This document shows, in pieces, positions 11,267 through 21,562 of a stretch of DNA of 64,000 bases. Position 1 is the first letter of the stretch; each line of letters opens with the position of its first letter. Where the stretch lies: NCBI GenBank assembly GCA_965226885.1, contig CBDDEL010000012.1, positions 256,001 through 320,000 on the forward strand, read 5' to 3'. This DNA comes from Opitutales bacterium (GTDB lineage: Bacteria > Verrucomicrobiota > Verrucomicrobiia > Opitutales > UBA2987). Under the pieces are notes generated by a model. It ran no database searches and was not told the origin of the DNA. It saw only the letters and a program-made list of their open reading frames with translations. The translations under genes were made by a program, and so were the position numbers.

Positions 11267-12856
11267 ATGTCCTGGGATCGATTTAAAAAATACCACTTTG
11301 CTGCCAGGGAATTGGGTTTTTCCCTCGATATCAGCAAAATGAATTTCCCCGATTCGTTTTTTGAATCGATGGCAGGGCGTATGGAATCGGCTTTTGACGA
11401 TATGGAAGCGCTGGAATCTGGAGCCATTGCCAATCCCGATGAAAACCGGATGGTGGGCCATTACTGGCTGCGAGACTCTAGGCGGGCGCCATCAGCCGAA
11501 ATCCGTGAGGCCATTGAGAACGCAATTGAAAAAATTCACCGGTTTTCAGAAGACGTTCACTCGGGAGCCATTACCGGCCAAAACGGCCCTTTCCGCAACC
11601 TGCTGTTGATCGGCATCGGCGGTTCTGCCCTGGGACCCCAGTTTGTCAGTCAAGCCCTCGGCAATCTTTCCCAAGACAGGTTGAAACTTTTTTTCCTCGA
11701 TAACACCGACCCTGATGGTTTTGACAGGATTTTGGGAGAATTGGAGGGACAACTGGGTGAAACCTTGACCGTGGTGGTTTCCAAATCGGGCAGCACAGCG
11801 GAAACCCGCAACGGCATGATCGAGACAAAGCTCGCCTACGAACACGCCGGTCTGGACTTCGGTCGACACGCCGCGGCCATCACAGGGGAGGGCAGTTTAC
11901 TCGACCGGCTGGCCCTCGATAACGGCTGGATCGAGCGTTTTCCACTTTGGGACTGGGTTGGCGGGCGCACTAGCGAAACCGGTCCCGTGGGTCTGCTACC
12001 GGCCGCCATACAGGGAATCGATATAAAAGAATTCCTCAAGGGGGCGGCCAACATGGACAGCTTAACCCGTCGAAAAAAGACCGGTGAGAATCCGGCGGTA
12101 CTACTGGCCCTAATGTGGCATCATGCCACGGATGGCCGAGGGGCCAAGGATATGGTGGTCCTGCCCTACCGCGACCGCCTGGCCCTGTTCCCCAAATACC
12201 TCCAGCAGCTGGTCATGGAATCGCTGGGTAAAGAGAAGGGTTTGCAGGGCAATATCGTCCACCAGGGAATTTCCGTTTACGGCAACAAGGGCTCGACCGA
12301 CCAGCACGCCTATGTGCAGCAGCTTCGGGAGGGAGTGGCCAATTTTTTTGTAATTTTTATCGAGACGCTCAAGGATCGGGATGGAAACTTCCTCGTTGAA
12401 GTCGATCCCGGAAATACTTCCGGCGACTACCTGAATGGGTTTTTCCTCGGCACCAGGGCGGCTTTGCACGAAAACGGGAGGGAGTCCATCACCATAACCC
12501 TGGATGAAATCTCTCCGGCTACGGTTGGGATGCTGATTGCGCTGTTCGAGCGAGCGGTCGGGTATTACGCCGGCCTGGTCGGTGTAAACGCCTATCATCA
12601 GCCCGGAGTCGAAGCCGGGAAGAAAACTGCCGCTTCGTTTCTCCAATTGAGAAAGAATATTCGGGATTTCTTGCGGGAGCGGCCCAACCAAGCCTACACG
12701 GCGGAACAGTTGGCCGACGCCCTCGACCGCACCATGGATACTGAAATTATTTTCAAATTACTCGAACACATGGCCGCCAACCCGGCCGGCGGAGTCGTTA
12801 AACAAGAAAACGAGGTTATTTTTGCCGGCAGTTATAGGTTTGATTCTTCGCCATGA
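11267..12856 (+). CDS. pgi: Glucose-6-phosphate isomerase
   Basis: IGIGGSALGP, SKSGST, WVGGR, QQLVMESLGK, QPGVEAGK; ATG 11267 likely start. Confidence 0.96.
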   Translation: MSWDRFKKYHFAARELGFSLDISKMNFPDSFFESMAGRMESAFDDMEALESGAIANPDENRMVGHYWLRDSRRAPSAEIREAIENAIEKIHRFSEDVHSGAITGQNGPFRNLLLIGIGGSALGPQFVSQALGNLSQDRLKLFFLDNTDPDGFDRILGELEGQLGETLTVVVSKSGSTAETRNGMIETKLAYEHAGLDFGRHAAAITGEGSLLDRLALDNGWIERFPLWDWVGGRTSETGPVGLLPAAIQGIDIKEFLKGAANMDSLTRRKKTGENPAVLLALMWHHATDGRGAKDMVVLPYRDRLALFPKYLQQLVMESLGKEKGLQGNIVHQGISVYGNKGSTDQHAYVQQLREGVANFFVIFIETLKDRDGNFLVEVDPGNTSGDYLNGFFLGTRAALHENGRESITITLDEISPATVGMLIALFERAVGYYAGLVGVNAYHQPGVEAGKKTAASFLQLRKNIRDFLRERPNQAYTAEQLADALDRTMDTEIIFKLLEHMAANPAGGVVKQENEVIFAGSYRFDSSP

Positions 12857-12898
12857 TTGCCCTAAATTAAGGTTCTCATTTAAACTCACCCAATAAAC

Positions 12899-13696
12899 AT
12901 GCCGACTGTTGGAAAAAATCGAATAAATCTAGCATCGATGGCTGCCGCGGCAACTTTTGCCCTCCTTCTGGCCTTTACCCTAAAGGCAAAAAGCCATTTA
13001 TCGCAGGAATTGGCTTCATCGCGGGAATCGACCTACAAAATGAGGATGGGCAATGAAAAAATCCAACAATCCAACACTGCCCTGAACAAGAAAATCGGCT
13101 CCCTGACATCGGAACTGGATTCCTCCGAAGCAAGGTCGGGCGCCCTGCTGCAGGAAAACTTGCAGGGCCGAAAAGAGATTTCCATGCTAACCGAAAGAAT
13201 GGAGGAAATGGAGTTCAATTCCAGGAATCGCGACAACGAATTAGTGGAATTCAAACGCCAATTGGTGGCTTTAAAAACTAATTATTCCGATGCTTCCGAA
13301 CGCTCTTCCAGGAGAAATACAGAGGAGCAGATCTCGGTTCTCAACGATGAAATCATCAAGCTGAAAGCCGATTTATATGCTTACCGGAACCTGTCGGAGG
13401 GATCTTCGTCCGATTATTCCGGCACCACCGGCAAATTGAGCAGAGGAGACCGCCTGCCGGGCTGGATTCTCAGCCTCGGGCCCCGCCATTCGGTGCTGGC
13501 TATCAGTCTGGGCGGCGACCATGGTATTCAAGAAGCCATGAAATTACAGTTGGTCAATGAACTCGGACCCATCGCCCTCATAGAAATCTCCAAAGTCGAA
13601 CCCCAATTCAGCATCGCTCATATCCTTCCGGGTTCCCATCCCGGTTATCCCGATCAAATGGTTGAAAACGAAGAAATTTCATTTATTGTTCAATAG
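12899..13696 (+). CDS. Hypothetical protein (N-terminal hydrophobic segment, coiled coil, C-terminal beta domain)
   Basis: 265-aa ORF co-oriented between pgi and rsmI. Confidence 0.7.
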   Translation: MPTVGKNRINLASMAAAATFALLLAFTLKAKSHLSQELASSRESTYKMRMGNEKIQQSNTALNKKIGSLTSELDSSEARSGALLQENLQGRKEISMLTERMEEMEFNSRNRDNELVEFKRQLVALKTNYSDASERSSRRNTEEQISVLNDEIIKLKADLYAYRNLSEGSSSDYSGTTGKLSRGDRLPGWILSLGPRHSVLAISLGGDHGIQEAMKLQLVNELGPIALIEISKVEPQFSIAHILPGSHPGYPDQMVENEEISFIVQ

Positions 13697-13711
13697 AAAA
13701 CGTAAGTAGCT

Positions 13712-13870
13712 ATGAAAAAATCCATAAACAAACTTGTCGCGTTAATCCTTCTGGCAGTCGGCCCCCTGCTGTTTTTTGCCGGTTGCGAGCAGGATCCGCA
13801 TGAAACAGCGGTGCCCTGGTCGCAACCCGCCGACTGGGAGGGCCAGGTTCCCGGCATGGGGGGACGATAG
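13712..13870 (+). CDS. Small 52-aa predicted lipoprotein
   Basis: Below ORF-track cutoff; MKKSINKLVALILLAVGPLLFFAG|CEQDPHETAVPWSQPADWEGQVPGMGGR*, lipobox FAGC. Confidence 0.75.
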   Translation: MKKSINKLVALILLAVGPLLFFAGCEQDPHETAVPWSQPADWEGQVPGMGGR

Positions 13871-13884
13871 GTCGATCACCCCCA

Positions 13885-14625
13885 GTGCCCAAGCGGAATT
13901 CCACCAGGCCTAAGAGCGATGGCCGCAGCCAGGAGATGGGTTCTGGATGCCTCTATCTGGTAGCCACTCCCATCGGCAATCTGGGCGACATCACAAAAAG
14001 AGCCGAGGAAGCGCTCTCCCAATGCCAATTGCTGGCCTGCGAGGACACCAGAAAAACACGGCAACTCCTTTCCCATTTGGGAATATCCGCGCGCACCACG
14101 GCGCTGCACAATTTTAACGAAAAAACCCGGGCCTCCTCCATCGCCGACCTCGTTGCGGAGGGGCAATCGGTCGCCATCGTCAGCGACGCTGGCACTCCGG
14201 CCATAAGCGATCCAGGTTTCAGGGTGGTGCGGGAATGCCGCCGTCGTAATTTGCCGGTTGTGCCGATCCCCGGCCCGTCGGCGGTGACGGCTGCTTTATC
14301 CGCCTCCGGCCTGCCCAGTGACGGTTTTCTATTCGCCGGATTTCTGCCGCCAAAAAAATCTGCCAGGAGACGGTTTTTCGAGCGCTACCGGGACTTCGAA
14401 TATACCATTGTCCTTTTTGAATCGAAACACCGCATAACCAAACTCCTGGATGATTTGATTGAGGTCCTGGAGGCTGATCGTGTGATTTGCGTGGCTCGGG
14501 AAATCACCAAAATACACGAATCCTTTCACACCGGACCAGCAGAATCGATTCAGAAAGAAGTGCAGTCAAAAAGTTTAAAAGGGGAGTTTGTCGTCCTCAT
14601 CGCCAAATCCGGATTCGTTCTCTGA
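13885..14625 (+). CDS. rsmI: 16S rRNA C1402 2'-O-methyltransferase
   Basis: LYLVATPIGNLGDIT, CEDTR, VSDAGTPAISDPG, AREITKIHE. Confidence 0.95.
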   Translation: MPKRNSTRPKSDGRSQEMGSGCLYLVATPIGNLGDITKRAEEALSQCQLLACEDTRKTRQLLSHLGISARTTALHNFNEKTRASSIADLVAEGQSVAIVSDAGTPAISDPGFRVVRECRRRNLPVVPIPGPSAVTAALSASGLPSDGFLFAGFLPPKKSARRRFFERYRDFEYTIVLFESKHRITKLLDDLIEVLEADRVICVAREITKIHESFHTGPAESIQKEVQSKSLKGEFVVLIAKSGFVL

Positions 14626-14642
14626 ACAAACCAATTCGCGCA

Positions 14643-15593
14643 ATGGCTTGGCAAAAATCAACCGCCGCCATCATCGATGTTGGCAGCAATACCATCAAAC
14701 TGCTGGTCGTCCAATCCGGACCGGAGTTGAATATTCTGGAACAGGCAACCCTCGACACGAGAATCAGCCGGGGAATCGGGGATGAAATTCCCCAACTGCA
14801 AGAAAAAGCAATCACCGAAGGCGCCGAAGCCGTTCAATCGCTGGCCCGGAGAGCTTGCCGGCACAATCCCGACACCGTCATCGCAACGGCCACCAGCGCC
14901 GTCCGCGAAGCGGCCAACGGACAGGATTTCATCCGGGCTATAAAGGAAAAGACCGGCCACCAACTACGAGTCCTGAGCGGTCAGGAAGAAGCCCGCTACA
15001 TCGCTCTGGGAGCCACTCTGGACCCCTCCCTGGGAAACCTGAAAAATTTTCAAATGGTCGATTTGGGAGGCGGCAGCCTGGAACTCATTGATGTAGCCAA
15101 TGGGCAACCGGGACGGACTGCCAGTCTCAAGCTGGGCGCGGTCCGCCTGATGGAGCTCTATATTGGCGATCCCCAAAAACCCTTGGATGAAGCAGCCAAA
15201 AACAATATTAAAAAAGCCGTGCAACGGAAAATTACAGAATCCGGCTTTCGGTTTGCCAAAAATGAAACGCCCCTGGTCGGCTCCGGGGGAGCGTTCTCCT
15301 ATTCCCGGTATTTGCTGGCCCAAAGGGAAGGCATGGAACTCGAAGATTATCCCAACCGATTGCCTGGGCATGAATTGCGAACCCTGTGCGACGAACTTTG
15401 CTCCATGTCCATGAAAGAGCGGCAGTCTCTTCCAGGTTTGCCGGCCTCAAGGGCCGACATCATTCCGGTTGCCCTCTTGACCCTCCTGACCCTTGCTGAT
15501 ATGGCCGAAAAGGACAGCTTTTTACACACTTTCTACAATTTACGCTTCGGGTTGGCCGCGGAATTTTTCAACAAGCTCAGCCTGCAAAGCTGA
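14643..15593 (+). CDS. Ppx/GppA-family phosphatase
   Basis: IDVGSNT, ATSAVREAAN, LSGQEEA, DLGGGSLE. Confidence 0.9.
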   Translation: MAWQKSTAAIIDVGSNTIKLLVVQSGPELNILEQATLDTRISRGIGDEIPQLQEKAITEGAEAVQSLARRACRHNPDTVIATATSAVREAANGQDFIRAIKEKTGHQLRVLSGQEEARYIALGATLDPSLGNLKNFQMVDLGGGSLELIDVANGQPGRTASLKLGAVRLMELYIGDPQKPLDEAAKNNIKKAVQRKITESGFRFAKNETPLVGSGGAFSYSRYLLAQREGMELEDYPNRLPGHELRTLCDELCSMSMKERQSLPGLPASRADIIPVALLTLLTLADMAEKDSFLHTFYNLRFGLAAEFFNKLSLQS

Positions 15594-16526
15594 GAAATCG
15601 TCGGGAAGATCGGCTTCCAGAATGATCGGTCGCTTATCGACCGGATGCTGAAACCCAAGCCTCCGGGCGTGCAGCATGGTCCGTTTGGCCTCAATCGAAT
15701 CGGTTTTGACAGTTTTTCTCCCATAAACTGGATCACCCACCACGGGATGCCCGATATGGGCCAGATGAACGCGGATTTGATGGGTGCGGCCGGTATGGAT
15801 TTTCAACCGAAGAAGGGAATAACTGTGGCTAAAAGCTTCCTCCATTTCCCAATCGGTGCGGGCTGGCCGCCCCCGCGGATTTACGGCCATTTTAACCCGA
15901 TGGACCGGGTGCCGTCCGATGGGCTCGTTAATGGTTCCGCTTTGCAATTCCGGTTTGCTTGTGACCAGGGCCAGGTATTCTTTGTCGATTTTACGCTCCG
16001 CGAATGAGCGGCTCAATTCCATGTAGGCGGCGTCGCTTTTGGCGGCCACCATGACGCCGCTGGTCTCCTTGTCCAGGCGATGCACGATGCCGGGCCGAAG
16101 AGAGCCACCGATGCTGCTTAATTTCTCACCGCAATGGAATAGCAAGGCATGCACCAAGGTGTCGTCCCCGGTCGCATTCCCTGGATGCGTGACCATTCCG
16201 GTAGCCTTGTTTACAACGATGAGGTGATCATCCTCATACAGGATATCCAGAGGTAGTTCGACCCCCCTCAACTCCGTCGGAGCCGCTGCCGGTGGGGTGA
16301 AAGTAATTTTTGCCCCGGCCGATATTTTGTGGTTTTTGCCGATAGCCTCGTCGTCCAGCCAGACGAGTCCGGCATCGAACATGGCTTGCAGCCGGGTCCT
16401 GCTGTATTCGGGGCAAAGGCTGTGTAAAACCTTGTCCGCGCGCGCCTTGTCAATTCCAGGTGGCGCTTCCACGACAATTTCCTCCCCCTCCGGCATGGTG
16501 GCCATCTGCTCTGTTATCAATAACAT
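15540..16526 (-). CDS. RluA/RluD-family pseudouridine synthase
   Basis: S4-like N-terminus, [20 protein letters not shown]; start may be a few codons downstream. Confidence 0.93.
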   Translation of the reverse strand: MLLITEQMATMPEGEEIVVEAPPGIDKARADKVLHSLCPEYSRTRLQAMFDAGLVWLDDEAIGKNHKISAGAKITFTPPAAAPTELRGVELPLDILYEDDHLIVVNKATGMVTHPGNATGDDTLVHALLFHCGEKLSSIGGSLRPGIVHRLDKETSGVMVAAKSDAAYMELSRSFAERKIDKEYLALVTSKPELQSGTINEPIGRHPVHRVKMAVNPRGRPARTDWEMEEAFSHSYSLLRLKIHTGRTHQIRVHLAHIGHPVVGDPVYGRKTVKTDSIEAKRTMLHARRLGFQHPVDKRPIILEADLPDDFSALQAELVEKFRGQPEA

Positions 16527-17524
16527 TAATTATTTTCCACAAAGGAATCGATTTGAGCCAGATAGGGGCTCTTTTCCTCGTCATCCATGAGAGCGACCTC
16601 GAAACCGTTTCGGGCGATTTTGGCCAATTCAACTTTGCTGAATAAATCCACCGACAAAGCCTCATACTCATCAATGAGCCGATTCCCAAAGGATAGCGGG
16701 TCGTCCGTGCTGATCGTGCAGCGGACCCCCTGGTCGAATAATTGGCGGATCGGATGCGCTTCCATCGTTTCCACTACATCGAGTTTGACATTGCTGATGG
16801 GGCAGGTGTCGAAAGTGACATTTCGATCCAGCGCCATTTGCACGACCTCGGGATCTTCGATAGCCCGAATACCGTGCTGGACTCTTTTCACCCCTAGCAG
16901 ATCGATGGCGTCGCGCACATACTCGGCGCCCCCGAATTCACCGGCGTGAGCTTTTGTTTCCAGCCCGGCCTCGCGCGCCGCCTGCCACAGACGCTCTTTC
17001 CAGGGCAAAATGGGCATTCTTTCCGGCCCGTGCAAGTCGATCCCGTCGAGCCCCTCCCAGTTCGGGCATTCGTCGAGGATTGGGGCCATCTTCTCGTTGT
17101 ATTGATTGCGCAGCATTCCCATAAAAACGCTTACCTGCAATCCCTCGGGCGCAGCGCTCTTGATCGCGTCCACAACCTCCGGTCCATGCAAATCATGAAG
17201 TTCCACCATTCCCGCATGAAAGCTAAGCTCCAGGTATTTTACATTTTGCTCGACCAGGGCCGGAAATATTTCCTTGGCGGCAATATGATAACGCTCGGGA
17301 GAAATATACCACGCATTGACCATGCCAAGCAGTTCGTCCTCGAAATGCTTAAAAGTGGCAAACTTGAAATCCAGTCCCCAGCCAGCGGGAAGCGATTGAT
17401 ACTGCTCCGGGTCCAGTTCCTGCAAAAGATGAAAAGGGAGCGCCCCCTCAATATGCAAATGAGTCTCCGTCTTCGGCAGCCACTGAATAAAATCAACAAT
17501 TTCCTTATCCTCTTGATAGCCCAT
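16526..17524 (-). CDS. Adenosine/adenine deaminase family protein
   Basis: PKTETHLHIEG, HAGE, RVQHG, CPISN, STDDP. Confidence 0.9.
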   Translation of the reverse strand: MGYQEDKEIVDFIQWLPKTETHLHIEGALPFHLLQELDPEQYQSLPAGWGLDFKFATFKHFEDELLGMVNAWYISPERYHIAAKEIFPALVEQNVKYLELSFHAGMVELHDLHGPEVVDAIKSAAPEGLQVSVFMGMLRNQYNEKMAPILDECPNWEGLDGIDLHGPERMPILPWKERLWQAAREAGLETKAHAGEFGGAEYVRDAIDLLGVKRVQHGIRAIEDPEVVQMALDRNVTFDTCPISNVKLDVVETMEAHPIRQLFDQGVRCTISTDDPLSFGNRLIDEYEALSVDLFSKVELAKIARNGFEVALMDDEEKSPYLAQIDSFVENN

Positions 17525-17972
17525 AATTCTGTCCTAATCCAAATAATCCGTAGTTAAAAAATTCCTGCTTCCCTCATCCAGCATCCTGCATCCAATATCT
17601 ATGTAATCAGTAGTTAATAAATCCAGTATCAAGAATCAAGCATCCATATATTCCGCATTGGCCAACACCATGCTATAAATCCAAAAAAAACGCAATAGAT
17701 AGGTTGGCTGCGTTTGATGCGTTTGAATAAAGTTAAAAAAAACTGCAAAACTCCCAAAAATGCGCCAAAATGTCCCACAAAATCCTCTATCTTTTCTAAA
17801 AACCCGCAAATTTCACAGATAAAAGCAGATAAAGAAAGCATCATGAATCCTGAATCCAGATAAATCCTCTCTTCAATTAAAGGATTACAAACTCACTTGC
17901 AAATTTCGCCAAAAATTTTATCGTACCCAATTTGGGTCTGCGTAGACGCTGCCTACAATATGTAAAGCGGAC

Positions 17973-18869
17973 GTGAAAAACGTGGAACGAACCATGCGAC
18001 GGAACGGCCTATGCTTGCTGATAACGGCAACGACGTTTGTCTTGATATTCTTTGCGTCTGCCTCCACCATCGTGGAACGCCTTTACCTAGATTGGGAAGA
18101 TGAATTCCTCGTCATATCTGGATTTCGATTGGCTGCCCCTATTAAGATCCACTATCTGGAGGCGTTTGTCCGATCTGGCTCGACCAATCAAGACTGGAAT
18201 GAGTCTGTGACACCGCATCGAACGACTTTGATCGCTCGAGCTGAGGATGGGTCCTCGATAATTCTTCGAAGCGAACTCCCGGTCATATCTGAGTCAGGAC
18301 AAGTTTCAACTGACCCACCTGTGATCGTTGAGCATAAGATAACTGCCAGTATAGACGAGGTGAGCTTCTTTGTAACTGCCCGGAATCGAGGTGAGGAGAA
18401 CGTCGATGTCCTTTGGGCTCAGCCGTGCATCAGGGTAGGCGAATTCACAGGTCGCGGTCTCAAATGGTACGAAGAGGATCACTACGTTGACATGTGTTTC
18501 GTTTTTCTGGACGGCAAGTTGACGACCCTGGATAATACACCCCGTTCCTCGGATGGATTCTTAACTCCGGGCCAGGTGTACGCCCCTGATGAGATAAACC
18601 GAGACAATCTCAACCCGAGGCCCCTCAGCCCCGCGATCCCTTCGAATGGCTTGATCGGGTGTTATTCCGCAGACGAGTCGATGTTGGTGGCAACGGCGTG
18701 GCAACCGTATCAGGAGCTGTTTCAAGGGATCGCCACATGTATCCATGCCGACTTTCGGATCGGGGGCCTCGCACCGGGAGAAACCAAGATCATGCGCGGC
18801 AAAATCTACGTTTTGGAAAACGATGCAAAACAGTTATTACAGCGATATCGCCGTGATTTTCGGGAATAG
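17973..18869 (+). CDS. Hypothetical secreted protein, possible gene cassette
   Basis: Signal-peptide-like N-terminus; immediately followed by an attC-like site. Confidence 0.75.
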   Translation: MKNVERTMRRNGLCLLITATTFVLIFFASASTIVERLYLDWEDEFLVISGFRLAAPIKIHYLEAFVRSGSTNQDWNESVTPHRTTLIARAEDGSSIILRSELPVISESGQVSTDPPVIVEHKITASIDEVSFFVTARNRGEENVDVLWAQPCIRVGEFTGRGLKWYEEDHYVDMCFVFLDGKLTTLDNTPRSSDGFLTPGQVYAPDEINRDNLNPRPLSPAIPSNGLIGCYSADESMLVATAWQPYQELFQGIATCIHADFRIGGLAPGETKIMRGKIYVLENDAKQLLQRYRRDFRE

Positions 18870-18883
18870 GAGGATGGAAGAGC

Positions 18884-18945
18884 ACCTATCAGGAGGTTCA
18901 GTGGACAGGGCATATGCGCCGCCTATGAACCGCGATCCGTTAGGC
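18884..18945 (+). other. attC-like integron recombination site (62 bp)
   Basis: R'' ACCTATC (1 mismatch to RYYYAAC), GGTTCA...TGAACC inner inverted pair, R' GTTAGGC matches GTTRRRY. Confidence 0.65.
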
Positions 18946-18971
18946 ATATCTAGTTACAAAAAAAAGCCTTT

Positions 18972-19874
18972 ATGAACAGTAAACCCGGTCCCCGTAAAAC
19001 TCGGGAGTTTAACAATCATCATTTTGACTCCACGATCTGGAATGATTTCAAGTTTCGAGTCGATGACATCGTTATCGCAACTTATGCTAAGTCAGGGACA
19101 ACCTGGATGCAGCAAATCATTGCCCAACTGTTGTTCAATGGCGAAGATGGTTTAGAAGTGGCGGAAATGTCGCCCTGGATGGATCTCCGGGTGCCACCCA
19201 AGGAAGTAAAACTTCCTATTGTTGAAGCACAAACGCACCGGAGATTCATTAAAACACATTTGCCGGTGGATGCATTGGTCTTTTCTGAAAAGGCAAAGTA
19301 CATCTATATCGGCCGGGATGGCCGCGATGTTCTTTGGAGTATGTACAACCATCATGTTACTGCGAATGAGGCCTGGTATGAGGCATTAAATGATACCCCC
19401 GGCAGAGTTGGTCCTCCTATTGAAAAACCGACCTCCTCTATAATGCAGTATTATCATGACTGGCTGGATCGGGATGGCCATCCCTGGTGGCCTTTCTGGG
19501 AAAATGTACGCTCATGGTGGGCTATCAGAAATCTGCCGAATGTCTGTTTTGTGCACTTCTCTAACCTTAAAAGTGACATGCCGGGGGAAATTCGTCGAAT
19601 AGCCGAGTTTCTCGAAATCCCAATTGATGAAACTAAATGGGTGTCCATACTGCTTCACTGCAGTTTTGACTACATGAAAGCAAATGCCACAAAAAGCGTG
19701 CCTCTCGGTGGCGCCTTTTGGGACGGTGGGGCTCAAACATTTATTCACAAAGGTACGAATGGCCGTTGGCGCGATGTTCTCCAAAAGGACGAGTCGTTAA
19801 AGTACGAACAACATGCTGCGAAAGAACTGGAAAATGAATGTGCCCACTGGCTCGCAACAGGCGAAATCTCCTAA
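18972..19874 (+). CDS. Sulfotransferase_1-family (PAPS-dependent) sulfotransferase
   Basis: TYAKSGTTW, FIKTHLP, RDGRDV, KGTNGRW. Confidence 0.92.
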   Translation: MNSKPGPRKTREFNNHHFDSTIWNDFKFRVDDIVIATYAKSGTTWMQQIIAQLLFNGEDGLEVAEMSPWMDLRVPPKEVKLPIVEAQTHRRFIKTHLPVDALVFSEKAKYIYIGRDGRDVLWSMYNHHVTANEAWYEALNDTPGRVGPPIEKPTSSIMQYYHDWLDRDGHPWWPFWENVRSWWAIRNLPNVCFVHFSNLKSDMPGEIRRIAEFLEIPIDETKWVSILLHCSFDYMKANATKSVPLGGAFWDGGAQTFIHKGTNGRWRDVLQKDESLKYEQHAAKELENECAHWLATGEIS

Positions 19875-19896
19875 GAGCAACGTAAATTCCAACAAT

Positions 19897-19945
19897 GCCT
19901 AACGTCGCGCTTGCAGCCGGATGCTTAATCGCGGTTTAAAAACAT
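19897..19945 (+). other. Degenerate/truncated attC-like site
   Basis: GCCTAAC-gtcgcgc-TTGCAGCCG left half 22 nt after the stop codon; no good GTTRRRY right end. Confidence 0.5.
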
Positions 19946-20032
19946 TGGACTGCGCCCCGTTCAGCCCATGAGGTATTCGGGATTCAGCTTTTGCAGGGAT
20001 TTGGGTAGGAAGAGGCCGTCTTTGGGGGTGAA

Positions 20033-20842
20033 TCAAAGGAGTACGGCGATTCGATTGCCGCCACGGTGGTAATGGAGATGGGTGAAGCCTTTTTCCTTGA
20101 GCAGGGGCAGAACGATTTCGAAGAATTGGCCCACGCTTGTGGGGTTGTGGGCGTCGGAGCCGATGGTAAGTTTGACGCCCATATTGGCCGCCCAATCGAG
20201 GATGATCGGATCGGGGTGTACCTGGGCGCAGTCCTTAATGAATCCGCTCGTGTTGATCTCCATGCAGATGTCTGCCTCGATTACGGTTTGCAGAAAACGC
20301 CGGATGCTTTCCTCGTGGTCTGAGGGCTCGAAATTTGAGACCGTTCCATAGATGCGGATAACGTCAGGGTGGGAAATGCTGTTATAACGACCCGTGGCCG
20401 CACCGGCGGCGAGGTCCTCAAAATAGGTTTCCACTTTTTCAAAATCCGTGCGTGCGTTGGCGCCGCGCAGGCGATCCTGGTAACTTGAGGTAAAGTGATG
20501 AAGGGAGCCGAGTATGAAGTCGAATTGGTTGCTTTCGAGGGTTTTGTCCATTTGAGCCATCACCCGTTCGTCGGGAAAAATTTCCGCCTCGATGCCGCAG
20601 AGGACTTCCACCCCCAGCCGTTCTCCAACAATTCGGGCCTTGTCCACCATTTTGTAATACTTTGGCAAATGCTTCTCTTTCATGCGGATTCCGTAGTTTC
20701 CGAATCCGCCCATGTCCATGGGTATATGGCAGGTAAAGGTGACCAGTTGGATACCTTTGCGGGCCGCCCATTGGACATACTCGCCAGTGGAGCCGCCCGC
20801 ATGGCCGCAAAGCCTGGTATGCATGTGACAGTCGAAAATCAT
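20033..20842 (-). CDS. PHP-domain histidinol-phosphatase (HisJ family)
   Basis: DCHMHT-LCGHA, GIEAE, ISHPD, EINTSG, GSDAH. Confidence 0.88.
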   Translation of the reverse strand: MIFDCHMHTRLCGHAGGSTGEYVQWAARKGIQLVTFTCHIPMDMGGFGNYGIRMKEKHLPKYYKMVDKARIVGERLGVEVLCGIEAEIFPDERVMAQMDKTLESNQFDFILGSLHHFTSSYQDRLRGANARTDFEKVETYFEDLAAGAATGRYNSISHPDVIRIYGTVSNFEPSDHEESIRRFLQTVIEADICMEINTSGFIKDCAQVHPDPIILDWAANMGVKLTIGSDAHNPTSVGQFFEIVLPLLKEKGFTHLHYHRGGNRIAVLL

Positions 20843-21477
20843 GGTGCCAGCCTTTCGATTTTCCAGGAACTGTCTTCCTCTAGCGAGTAGAGGAAACGGT
20901 CATGCATCCGATTCTTCCTGCCCTGCCAGAATTCAAACGTGTGCGGGATCACACGGTAGCCTCCCCAAAAGGACGGCAGGGGCACTTCGCCCAGCGAAAA
21001 TTTGCGTTTCATCTCCTCGAATTTCATCTCCATAATACCACGGGTGGAGATAACACTGCTTTGGGCCGAGGCCCAGGCCCCAAGACGGCTTTCGAATGGC
21101 CTGGTGAGGAAATATTTAAGCGATTCGGCGGTGGGAATTTTTTCCGCCAGCCCGGCTATGCGCACCTGCCGATATTGAGCCTGCCAGTATATCAGCAATT
21201 CAACATGAGGATTTTCATCAATCTGGCGGGCCTTGACGCTCTCGTAGTTGGTATAAAATACAAAACCATCTGGGTCGAATTGTTTGAGGAGAACCGTCCT
21301 CACGGTAGGGACGCCCTTGGCCGAAGCGGTGGCCAAACTCATGGCGTGAGCGTCGGGAATTTTCGCATCCCAAGCCTGTGTGAACCAACTTTCGAACTGC
21401 TCCAGGGGATCCTCGCGAAGTTCCTTTCGCTGTAATCCTTCTATTGTAAATTTCCTCTCCGCTTCAGTGATTTCCAT
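20839..21477 (-). CDS. pdxH: Pyridoxamine 5'-phosphate oxidase
   Basis: RTVLLK, FYTNYES-K, EFWQGR-NRMHDR. Confidence 0.95.
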   Translation of the reverse strand: MEITEAERKFTIEGLQRKELREDPLEQFESWFTQAWDAKIPDAHAMSLATASAKGVPTVRTVLLKQFDPDGFVFYTNYESVKARQIDENPHVELLIYWQAQYRQVRIAGLAEKIPTAESLKYFLTRPFESRLGAWASAQSSVISTRGIMEMKFEEMKRKFSLGEVPLPSFWGGYRVIPHTFEFWQGRKNRMHDRFLYSLEEDSSWKIERLAP

Positions 21478-21562
21478 GCTCCAATAAATTGTATTTCACC
21501 AGCGAAAGGCAATGTCTTTCAATAATGGAGTCAGGGTTTCTGCTTTAGATTAACCGGGTCCT

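Noticed and set aside
17525..17880. AT-rich spacer with degenerate heptamers (CATCCAG/CATCCTG) and ORF 17629-17844
   Set aside because: Low-complexity and imperfect, with no convincing coding or attI signature.
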